A DNA stretch of 64,000 nt, taken from an uncultured delta proteobacterium (GTDB lineage: Bacteria > Myxococcota_A > UBA9160 > SMWR01). Below, piece by piece: positions 9,700 through 17,828 of this stretch; position 1 is the stretch's first letter, and the number at the start of each line of letters is the position of its first letter. A program made the translations under genes and the position numbers. The notes below the pieces were generated by a model, which saw nothing but the letters and a program-made list of their open reading frames with translations, was not told the DNA's origin and searched no databases. The stretch is taken from contig CAWHTE010000005.1 of the NCBI GenBank assembly GCA_963832165.1, forward strand, positions 96,001 to 160,000, in the 5' to 3' direction.

Positions 9700-12600
9700 C
9701 TAGGGAGCCTCGCGCAGTATCCGCTGCTCGAGGTTCCCCATACCGAGCGCCCTAGCTTGCTGCAGTGCCAGGCTCCAGTACTTCCGCCCGCTGCCCACAC
9801 GGTTCTGATCCAGCATCGAAGCGTTGTCAGCATACGTGTGCGCCAAGGCCGGGCCTGCTCCTGCCGCTCGATTCGCGACGATTGCCCTACGAAAGTGAGC
9901 CTGAGCGGTATTCCATTGACACATCAGGCCGGCTAGTACACCAAGGAATCGGTCGGTTGATCCCCAGCAGAAGCTGCTAAATCCCACGACCGCCATTTGT
10001 CCCGCAAAGCGCTCCCACAGGGAATACAGCTCGCGGACAAGCGCAGGAGACTCGAGCACTCGGCACGCTAGCGTCAGAGATCCTAGCGTCCCGAACCACG
10101 CGTTTCGTGGAAAGCTGCTCAGTGCACCTCTGGCAATAGCCGCCTCCATAACATCGCGTGCTTCATCAAGCTTTCCGAGTTCGCAATAGAGATAACAAAC
10201 ACCAGCCTGCCAGCCCTCTACTCTCGGAAAATCCGATGCGATTGCGACTACTGCGGGTTCAATCTCCTCCAAACCTCCCACATCAATCGCGGCCATAGCA
10301 CGCTGCAAAGCAAAACTGTGAAGCGCGTTCCGATCGTCAACCGCTAATCCCTGCCGTAGGAACTCCTCGCCATGCTCACGTGCCGCTGCATAATTCCCTC
10401 TCATTAGCGCGATAGTTGCCTGTAGCATCCCGACATACCAAGCGGCGCTCGGCCTGCGAGTTCGCTGAATCAAAGCTCCGAATCCACCAATCTCAATATC
10501 AACCTCACGCATCTCGCCAACCTGCCAAAGCGCAGTAATCCGGAGAATCGTCCGGAGGAGCGCCGTAGATCCATCCTCTGTATTAGCCGATGTGGATCGA
10601 CGAATGTGCTCATGCGGTGTTTCAACAGAATACAAGGCCAGGCTGCCTGCAGTCCTTGCGAACGAAACCATCTGCAAGTCTTCTCGCGCCTCAGCTGCGA
10701 CAATCGCTTCTTTTACAAGAGCCTTGAGTCGCTCCCGAGGCTCGTCGGACCAGTGAAGCGCCACAGCAAGTCTCGCAAGTATTCGCGGTCGCTCCCGCGC
10801 GTCGGCTGGAAGCTTTCCGAGCGCACCCTCAAGTAGCCCAACCAAGTCGCGGTCGTAGACCCCCGTCTCAATTGCCAATAGGTCCGGAGCAAACGACAGT
10901 GCAGCTCTAGCGCCGAGGTCAGGTCGCTTGCAGTGCTCCGCCAACCGAGCAGCTTCGATTAACGCGTTGCGTGAACTCTCGCGATTCCCAGCGAACCCGT
11001 ACGCCAAGCCCCGCTCCAAGCACAATTCACAGCGCAGCTCGCTGTCCTCTGGACACAGACGTTCCAAGAGGACGACCGCACGCTCGAGATGAGCCGCAGC
11101 TGAGTCGAATGCCGCCCGCTCAATGTCCCACCGAGCGGCACGTATTAAGTAGCTAATCGCCTTAGCGGCAATCGGAGTCGGATACGCGGCTGCGAAATGG
11201 CGCGCAATCTCAGCACTTAGGGGACCAAGCTCTACTCCAGCCATTTCCTCCATAGCGAGAGCGATGCGCCCGTTGTTCTCAGCGCGCTCCGCCGCCGTGA
11301 GCGACGCGCAGACAGCCTCTCTAACCAAGGCATGCGCGAATCGATAGTGACCGACTTCGTCGTCGTTTACACAAATGCCATGGTCTATTGCGACTTCGAG
11401 ACCGGCAAGAACTCGCGATGCATCCATCGCCAACGCATGCTCCAAGAGACCAGCAGAGAACTCTTTTTCAATCACGGCAGCCATTGCCAACAGACCCTTG
11501 ACGCTGGCGGGCAGCAACTCCGTCTGCCTCATTATTGAATCTCGAACTCCGCGCGGAATTGAGTACTCAAGAGGCTGCGCTGTCGTTAGAGATTCAAGGC
11601 GACCCGCATTCTCAAGTACATTCAGTACTTGCAAGACGAAGAATGGGTTTCCATTAGTCTTCGCGAGAAGGTCTCTCACCGCCTCAGCGCTCGGTTGAGT
11701 CCCCACGCGACGCTCGGTGATGATCGCCACATCGTTCGCACATAGACCCCCGAGCGTGATCAGTTCCGCACCTCGCGACCGGAGAACTGACGACACCATC
11801 CCGACACACTTTTGATAGCTACTTCCATGCGTCCTAAAAGTCCCAAACAGAAGCACGTGAGATCCATTCAACTCTGCTGCGAGATGCTGAAATAACAGCC
11901 TGGAAGCCTGGTCCGCCTCATGCAGATCATCGAGGAAGATCGCGATGGGCCCCAGCGATGAGAGCTTCCTAACGAGGGTCAGAATGCTCTCGAAGAGCCT
12001 ATGACGGGATGCTCGCGCGTCGTCCGTCGGACTACTTGCGGAGGGTGAGACTACTTCTTGCAGTTCGGGAAGAACCCAGGCGACCTCCTCAGCTCCATTG
12101 CTCATCGTGTGCACGATCCATTCTCGAGACTCACCTTCTACGAGCTGACGAAGTACCTGAGTCCACGGCCAAAGAGCCGGCGCTTCATCAGTGCCTACGC
12201 ATCTGGCGGATCCCACGCGGAAACCGCGATCGCTCGCGTGAGTTGCTGCCTGCAATAGGGCGGTCGTCTTTCCAATGCCGGCTTCACCAGTTGCAAGGAT
12301 CGTGCGATAGCCACCCGAAGCAGCATTGCTAAGCGAACGCTCCACAGATTCTAGAAATGACTCGCGTCCGAGGAACGAATGATCATCCTGAGTTCGCGAG
12401 CTTCTCTCTGCACGATCGAGCCGAACCAAAGCCGGTTCGACTTGCGCCACAAACTGCAGGCCATTCCCCCGAACTGTCCGAATGATTTGCTGAGCGTGTC
12501 CGGTGTCTCCAATGGCCCGTCTGACGGCGTGCACTGCAAAGCGAAGCGCCTGCTCGTTTACACGCACCCCCTTCCACACGGTGCGGTGAAGTTCCTCGCG

Positions 12601-12759
12601 CGAGACAACTCGGTTTCTGTTGTCGATCAGGTAGAACAGCAGGTCGAGTGGCCTTGCCTGAAGCTGTACTACACGTCCTCGCCGCAATAACAATCGTTCT
12701 GATCTGGAAAGTTCGTACTCGCCGAATCGAACGACAGCGACGTCCTCAAACGCGTTCAT
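9700..12759 (-). CDS. Transcriptional regulator: OmpR-type winged helix + STAND (AAA_16) ATPase + helical/TPR-like region
   Basis: N-terminal RFGEYEL...LDLLFYLIDNRNRVVSREEL...IIRTVRGNGLQF; Walker A GEAGIGKT; Walker B IFLDDLHEAD; TNGNPFFV; YRFAHALVRE. Start placed at ATG 12759 rather than 12828. Confidence 0.88.
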   Translation of the reverse strand: MNAFEDVAVVRFGEYELSRSERLLLRRGRVVQLQARPLDLLFYLIDNRNRVVSREELHRTVWKGVRVNEQALRFAVHAVRRAIGDTGHAQQIIRTVRGNGLQFVAQVEPALVRLDRAERSSRTQDDHSFLGRESFLESVERSLSNAASGGYRTILATGEAGIGKTTALLQAATHASDRGFRVGSARCVGTDEAPALWPWTQVLRQLVEGESREWIVHTMSNGAEEVAWVLPELQEVVSPSASSPTDDARASRHRLFESILTLVRKLSSLGPIAIFLDDLHEADQASRLLFQHLAAELNGSHVLLFGTFRTHGSSYQKCVGMVSSVLRSRGAELITLGGLCANDVAIITERRVGTQPSAEAVRDLLAKTNGNPFFVLQVLNVLENAGRLESLTTAQPLEYSIPRGVRDSIMRQTELLPASVKGLLAMAAVIEKEFSAGLLEHALAMDASRVLAGLEVAIDHGICVNDDEVGHYRFAHALVREAVCASLTAAERAENNGRIALAMEEMAGVELGPLSAEIARHFAAAYPTPIAAKAISYLIRAARWDIERAAFDSAAAHLERAVVLLERLCPEDSELRCELCLERGLAYGFAGNRESSRNALIEAARLAEHCKRPDLGARAALSFAPDLLAIETGVYDRDLVGLLEGALGKLPADARERPRILARLAVALHWSDEPRERLKALVKEAIVAAEAREDLQMVSFARTAGSLALYSVETPHEHIRRSTSANTEDGSTALLRTILRITALWQVGEMREVDIEIGGFGALIQRTRRPSAAWYVGMLQATIALMRGNYAAAREHGEEFLRQGLAVDDRNALHSFALQRAMAAIDVGGLEEIEPAVVAIASDFPRVEGWQAGVCYLYCELGKLDEARDVMEAAIARGALSSFPRNAWFGTLGSLTLACRVLESPALVRELYSLWERFAGQMAVVGFSSFCWGSTDRFLGVLAGLMCQWNTAQAHFRRAIVANRAAGAGPALAHTYADNASMLDQNRVGSGRKYWSLALQQARALGMGNLEQRILREAP

Positions 12760-12897
12760 GAATTCATTATCCCATGCGAGCCGTTCTTCTAGTTGCCCCG
12801 AGGGGCACGGGGACTTCCGAAACAACAAACTGCTAACGAATCGCCGGAGGCGCCAAGTCTATGCTCCTCGTCACCCCAGAACGCCGAGGACGGCCTA

Positions 12898-14151
12898 ATG
12901 CAGCTCACTGAACGCAGCCGGGTCCTAGTCGCTGACCCCATCAGAGAGAACCGTGGAATGCTCGTCGAGACCCTCTCCTCGTGCGGAATGTCATGCATTG
13001 AAGCTGTGGACGGAGTATCTGCTTGGCGGTGCTTTACGGCAGATAGACCAGACCTCGTCTTGGCAGCCTTGCAGCTTCCTGGTCTAACTGCCCTTGACCT
13101 ACTCGCTCGCATTCGCGACGTCTCGACCACCCCATTCGTCGTTCACGCTCCCGCCGGCGAAATTCCCGCCGCCATCACTGCAATCCGCCGTGGTGCCGCC
13201 GATGTCATTCCCTTCCCTTGTCACGCGGACGAGCTATCCACCCGAATTAAGGCCGCGCTTGCGACTAACCCCGAACGCCGTCGCCGGACAGAAGCACCCG
13301 AATCGTTTGCAGGGCGAAGCCAAGCAACCTCGCGGATCCGAGAGCAAATCAGAGCGCTCGCTGGCTTGCGAATTCCAGTTCTGTTCTGTGGCGAAAAGGG
13401 TACCGGTCGCGACCACGCAGTTCGCTGCCTCGCACAATTGGACGGCGTGGGTGCGAATGATCTATTCAAAGTGTCGCCTGTTACCGGACGCCCCCTAACT
13501 CGCCATGAGGCATCAAAAGCAATCTACATCGATGAGATAGAGCGGCATTCTCGAGTAGACCAAGCCTACTGGTGCGAACGAATCAGCGACTCCGAAAGGG
13601 CCGCACAGGATGCTCCTCGGAGAGTCATCGTTTCAACGAATTCTGATCTAGACAGACTCTCGAGGCGAGACGAGTTCGATCCCAAGCTCGCCGGGATCCT
13701 CCTCCGCTTCGTGGTCAACATTCCGCCGCTTCGCGCTCGCCGTGAGGACCTAATTCCCCTTGTAGAGAGTCTCGGACTTCACGCCTCGCGCCGAATAGGG
13801 CGACCGAATACCAGATTCACTACACCTGCGCTGAAGCTATTGCAGCAACAAACATGGCCGGGGAACGTGTCTCAGCTCGCAGCGCTCATTGAGAAGCTTG
13901 TTGCATTTTCTCCCGACGGCTTGATCACTAGACGCCTCGTCTCGGCCCTGATCGAGGAAGCGCCAACGGGTGTCCCTTCGCTCCGCCGGAATGCGCTACG
14001 CCTTCAGCGCGACGAACTCCTCGCAATCCTCGACCAGACCGGCGGGAACCTCGCAGAGGCGGCTCGACGCATGAATATGAGCCGCGGCGCGGTGATCTAT
14101 CGCGCGCAGAAGTTTGGCCTGCTGGCGAAACGCGTGCGCGCGAACCCCTGA
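12898..14151 (+). CDS. Atypical NtrC-like regulator (pseudo-receiver, degenerate sigma54 AAA+, Fis-type HTH)
   Basis: REC-like N-terminus; GEKGTGRD, YIDEIE, IPPLRARREDL, WPGNVSQL; C-terminal GGNLAEAARRMNMSRGAVIYR. GAGGA RBS precedes ATG 12898. Confidence 0.85.
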   Translation: MQLTERSRVLVADPIRENRGMLVETLSSCGMSCIEAVDGVSAWRCFTADRPDLVLAALQLPGLTALDLLARIRDVSTTPFVVHAPAGEIPAAITAIRRGAADVIPFPCHADELSTRIKAALATNPERRRRTEAPESFAGRSQATSRIREQIRALAGLRIPVLFCGEKGTGRDHAVRCLAQLDGVGANDLFKVSPVTGRPLTRHEASKAIYIDEIERHSRVDQAYWCERISDSERAAQDAPRRVIVSTNSDLDRLSRRDEFDPKLAGILLRFVVNIPPLRARREDLIPLVESLGLHASRRIGRPNTRFTTPALKLLQQQTWPGNVSQLAALIEKLVAFSPDGLITRRLVSALIEEAPTGVPSLRRNALRLQRDELLAILDQTGGNLAEAARRMNMSRGAVIYRAQKFGLLAKRVRANP

Positions 14152-14152
14152 A

Positions 14153-15160
14153 TCAAGCCCCTGCGAGAGGGACCTTTCGCACCTTCACACCCGCCTCTCG
14201 CAGTAGATCGAGTGACGTCTGACCTAGCGGGTAGTCGGCGTTGTACACAACTTCGGTGAGGCCGGAATTGATGATCATCTTGGTGCAGATCAGGCAGGGG
14301 CTGAAGGTGGTGTAGAGGGTCCCGCCCTTCACCAGGACCCCGTGATAGGCGGCCTGGGTGATGGCGTTCTCCTCGCCGTGCGAGCACAAGCACTCATCGA
14401 GGCGGGTTCCGCCTTCCGCGAAGCTATTGCAGCGCGGACAGCCGCCCTCGTTGCAGTTGAGCGTGCCGCGCGGGGTTCCGTTGTAGCCCGTGGAGATGAT
14501 GCGGCGGTCGCGCGTGATCACGGCGGCCACCTTGCGCTTCACGCAGTTGCTGCGCGACGCCACCACGCGCGCAATGGCCATGAAGTATTCGTCCCAGCTA
14601 GGTCGTTCAAAAAAAAAGGAGCGCTCCAGCTGCGCCTGCACCTGGGCGTGTAGCTCAGCGAGCGTGCCGTCGTTACTCAGCGTGGTGTCGGCGAGCGCAT
14701 GCACGGCGAGGAGCTGTTGCGCGGCGGGGTCGGCGCCGCCGAGCTCGCGGCCCTCGAGCTCGCGCAGCTGTTCGAGCGTCTGCGGATCGCCGCCGCGCCC
14801 GCGCGCGCGCATGCGTGCTAGGCGAACGTTTTCGTCGGCGTCCACCCACCAGAGCTGGAAGCGACTCGTGCGCGCGCGCAGCACCTCCACCTCGGCAGGG
14901 TGGCGCACGGAATCGATCACGTAGTTGCGGTCGGGCAGCAGCTGTTCGGCGAGCAGCGTTGCCAGGCCACCGGGCCCGCGCGCCTGCCGGATCGCATTAC
15001 CGGCATCGATCATGCGCTCGCGCGTCTCTTCCTGGCCTTGGCGCCGCAGCTCGTCACGGATCACATCGGACAGCGACAGCGCGTAGAAGCTGCGCGACTG
15101 AAGGAAGGCGAGCACCTCACCCTTGCCGGCGCCGTTGCGGCCCGAGAGCCCGATGATCAT
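14153..15160 (-). CDS. P-loop kinase-like domain fused to dCMP/deoxycytidylate deaminase
   Basis: N-terminal IIGLSGRNGAGKGE, VIDSVRHPAEV; C-terminal RPSWDEYFM, TGYNGTP, SHGEENAI, SPCLICTKMI (Zn-binding H-x-E / PCxxC). Confidence 0.92.
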   Translation of the reverse strand: MIIGLSGRNGAGKGEVLAFLQSRSFYALSLSDVIRDELRRQGQEETRERMIDAGNAIRQARGPGGLATLLAEQLLPDRNYVIDSVRHPAEVEVLRARTSRFQLWWVDADENVRLARMRARGRGGDPQTLEQLRELEGRELGGADPAAQQLLAVHALADTTLSNDGTLAELHAQVQAQLERSFFFERPSWDEYFMAIARVVASRSNCVKRKVAAVITRDRRIISTGYNGTPRGTLNCNEGGCPRCNSFAEGGTRLDECLCSHGEENAITQAAYHGVLVKGGTLYTTFSPCLICTKMIINSGLTEVVYNADYPLGQTSLDLLREAGVKVRKVPLAGA

Positions 15161-15282
15161 CTCGCCCCCTCTCCTCGCGCTCCCATTCTACCAATGAGGT
15201 CGCCGCCGGGTCCCACCGGAATCGAGCCGCGCGGGGTTCCCTCTGGGGATTCCGAGGGTCGCTCGAGCGATCGCCCATCCCT

Positions 15283-17217
15283 GTGACCGTGACCATGACC
15301 TGTGACCGGATCTGTCACACCCGTCCCGCACGATGGAAGCTGCCCCGGTCCCGGGGAGTGAGCATCGTGGTCGACGGAAGCGGAAGCGCGCTGAGACGAG
15401 CGCGCTCGCGAGTGCCGACGTTCGAGACGGTCGCGCGATCGCGGGTCGCACCGCGGCTGCTCGGGATCGAGCCGCGCCGGTCTCCGCCGCCCCGGTCCGA
15501 GGATCTGGATGCGGAGCTCTACCAGCTAGCGCACTCGGCCGGTCCGCTCCGGCGCGCTCTCGCGCGGGTGGCCGGGAGATTGGTGGCCGTGCGCGGCTGG
15601 GAGCGGCTCGGCTTTGCGCGGCTCGCGGATTACGCGGTCGAACGTGCCGGAATCTCGCCGCGCGAGCTGCGAGACCTCGCCCGCGTCGATCGTGCATTCG
15701 AGTCTCTGCCGAGGCTCGAACAGGCCTTCCTCGCGGGTGAGATTGGCTGGACCGAGCTGCGCCTGCTGTGTCGCGTGGCGCAGCCCGACGACGAACGCGA
15801 GTGGCTCGCGCGCGCCTCGCGCCTCACCGCGTCAGCACTCGCACGCGAGGTGCGCCAGGTGGATCGACGCGCGCGAGAAGCCTCCGCGGGGATCGGCGCA
15901 CCCGAGGAAGACGATGAGCGCAGCGTTGGCGTGATCGTTCGCTGCACACCGTCGGTGCGCGCGCGCTGGTGGCACGCGCGCCAGGTCGCCAATCGCGTCG
16001 CGGGGCACACGCTCTCGGCCGGCGCGTTCCTGGAAGCGGTGACGGCCGAGGTGATCTCCGCGGTCGGGTTCCAGGGCGAGTCATCCAACGACTCCAAATC
16101 GGCGCCGCCGGCGATGAGCCACGAAGACTTCGAGCTGTCACGCGCAGACGCCAAACGAGTGCCACCCCAGGCGCCGCTCCAGCCCGGCCCACCTCCCCCA
16201 TTCATCACCTCACTCACGCACGACATCGAGAACGCGGATCCCTTCGAACTCGATGCGCGCCTGCGCCGCGCCGTCCGCCGTGAAACGCGCCGCCTCGCTC
16301 ATCTGGCCGCCCGGCTCGAGCAGGCCGTCGTACTCGGGCTCCCGCGTGCCATGGGATTCGCAAGCCTCGACATCTACGCCGAAGAGCGCCTGGGCATCGC
16401 CGCAAGCCGCGCGCGCGCATTGTTGAGGGTCTCGCGCGCGGCTTCCGAATGCCCGCCGCTTCGCAAGGCCTTCGCCACGGGTCGGCTCTCGTGGGTGCAG
16501 GCGCATGCGCTCGTTCCGCTTCTATTCGAGACCGCCACCCGCCGCTATCGCGAAGCCTGGGTTCTTCACGCCGAGCGCGTGAGCGTGCGGCGCCTGTCGG
16601 ACGACATCGAGCGCGCACTCGGCACCGGAGTCTTCGAGCCTCCGTCTCTCGCGCCGCCGCCTTGTCCGTCGGACCCCGTCGATCTCCAAATCGGTGCCAT
16701 CACACACCCGCCCTCGGATCGAGAGCACCCCGTCCCCCAGACCGAGCGGGTGCGCTTGTTCGTCGCCGCCTCGCTCGAGGTGGCCCACCTGTTCCGCGCG
16801 GCACTCGCCATCGTGCAGCGGAGGCTCGAGCACCTCCGGCGACGCCCCGCCTCCCAAAGCGAGGCACTCGAAGCGATGCTCGCGCACGCGGTCGCCACCT
16901 GGGTCGCGCAGGATCCCCACGATCACGCGCTGCGCGACCACCGTGTCTTCGAGCGAGACGGCTGGCGCTGCACCGTTCCGGGCTGCTCGTCCTACCGCAA
17001 CCTCCACGGACACCACATCGTGTTCCGCTCCCAGGGTGGTACCAACGCACTCAGCAACCTGACCACGCTCTGCTCGTGGCACCACCAGCGCGGTGTTCAC
17101 GGCGGCGTCATCTCCTGCTCGGGGCGGGCTCCCCATGCGTTGCATTTCGCGCTCCTGCTCCGCCCTAACCACCTGCCGCTGCTCTGTTATGGCCCGGGGG
17201 AGGTGCGCATGGGCTGA
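15283..17217 (+). CDS. DUF222-like domain HNH endonuclease (start uncertain)
   Basis: C-terminal VFERDGWRCTVPGC...LHGHHIVFRSQGGTNALSNLTTLCSWHH; two copies of a GFA-x-L-x2-YA-x-ER-x-GI helical domain. The true start may be ATG 15333 with a frameshift near 15490. Confidence 0.8.
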   Translation: MTVTMTCDRICHTRPARWKLPRSRGVSIVVDGSGSALRRARSRVPTFETVARSRVAPRLLGIEPRRSPPPRSEDLDAELYQLAHSAGPLRRALARVAGRLVAVRGWERLGFARLADYAVERAGISPRELRDLARVDRAFESLPRLEQAFLAGEIGWTELRLLCRVAQPDDEREWLARASRLTASALAREVRQVDRRAREASAGIGAPEEDDERSVGVIVRCTPSVRARWWHARQVANRVAGHTLSAGAFLEAVTAEVISAVGFQGESSNDSKSAPPAMSHEDFELSRADAKRVPPQAPLQPGPPPPFITSLTHDIENADPFELDARLRRAVRRETRRLAHLAARLEQAVVLGLPRAMGFASLDIYAEERLGIAASRARALLRVSRAASECPPLRKAFATGRLSWVQAHALVPLLFETATRRYREAWVLHAERVSVRRLSDDIERALGTGVFEPPSLAPPPCPSDPVDLQIGAITHPPSDREHPVPQTERVRLFVAASLEVAHLFRAALAIVQRRLEHLRRRPASQSEALEAMLAHAVATWVAQDPHDHALRDHRVFERDGWRCTVPGCSSYRNLHGHHIVFRSQGGTNALSNLTTLCSWHHQRGVHGGVISCSGRAPHALHFALLLRPNHLPLLCYGPGEVRMG

Positions 17218-17266
17218 CACCGAAAAAACTCTGCCCGGTCGCAGCGAGACGCACTAGGATGCTCGC

Positions 17267-17812
17267 ATGCGCATCGTACTCGACCTGTCCGACAAGGATG
17301 TCCGCTACTTCCGGAGCTGCCTCCAGACCGTCAAGAAGGGGGAGCTCTCTTCAGACGAGTCCGTGGTCCTGAAGGCGGCTGCCGATCTGATGGCCCAGGT
17401 CGCCGAAGCCGAGGCCCCCGAGTACGTCCAGGAGCGGATCAGCAAGCTCGCTCAGCTGGTCAAGATGCTCGAAGACCAGCGCTGGCGCCTCACCGGCAAC
17501 GATCGTGCGCGCGTGCTGAACGTGCTGGCGTACTTCGTCGATCCGGACGACCTGATCCCGGACCGGATCCCGGGCCTCGGCTACCTCGACGACGCGATCA
17601 TGGTCGAGCTCGTACTCCAGGAGCTGCGCCACGAGCTCGAGGCCTATCAGAAGTTCTGCGAGTTCCACGAAACCGCCAAGCGCGATCCCGAAGAGCTCGA
17701 GCGCAAACGCGTCCAACTCCAGGCGCGCATGCGCCGCAACCGCCGCGGCGATCGCAACCGCCGGCGGCTGCTGCGCTCCAGCGATCGCAAGGCACCGGTC
17801 GGCCTCTGGTGA
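17267..17812 (+). CDS. YkvA / DUF1232 family protein
   Basis: Signature LAYFVDPDDLIPDRIPGLGYLDDAIMV. Confidence 0.88.
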   Translation: MRIVLDLSDKDVRYFRSCLQTVKKGELSSDESVVLKAAADLMAQVAEAEAPEYVQERISKLAQLVKMLEDQRWRLTGNDRARVLNVLAYFVDPDDLIPDRIPGLGYLDDAIMVELVLQELRHELEAYQKFCEFHETAKRDPEELERKRVQLQARMRRNRRGDRNRRRLLRSSDRKAPVGLW

Positions 17813-17828
17813 CGCTACCGCCGCGCGA

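Larger units (their letters stand above)
6470..14150. other. Lower-GC segment with relaxed codon bias (putative horizontally acquired cassette)
   Basis: Hand counts: 31/60 GC at 6541-6600 and 35/60 at 10201-10260, versus 47/60 at 4621-4680; many A/T-ending codons. No integrase or terminal repeats seen. Boundaries approximate. Confidence 0.75.

Noticed and set aside
14153..15330. Firm call of an AvcID toxin-antitoxin/defence system
   Set aside because: The protein is compact and more Dcd1-like; no AvcI-like RNA can be supported from the short upstream region.
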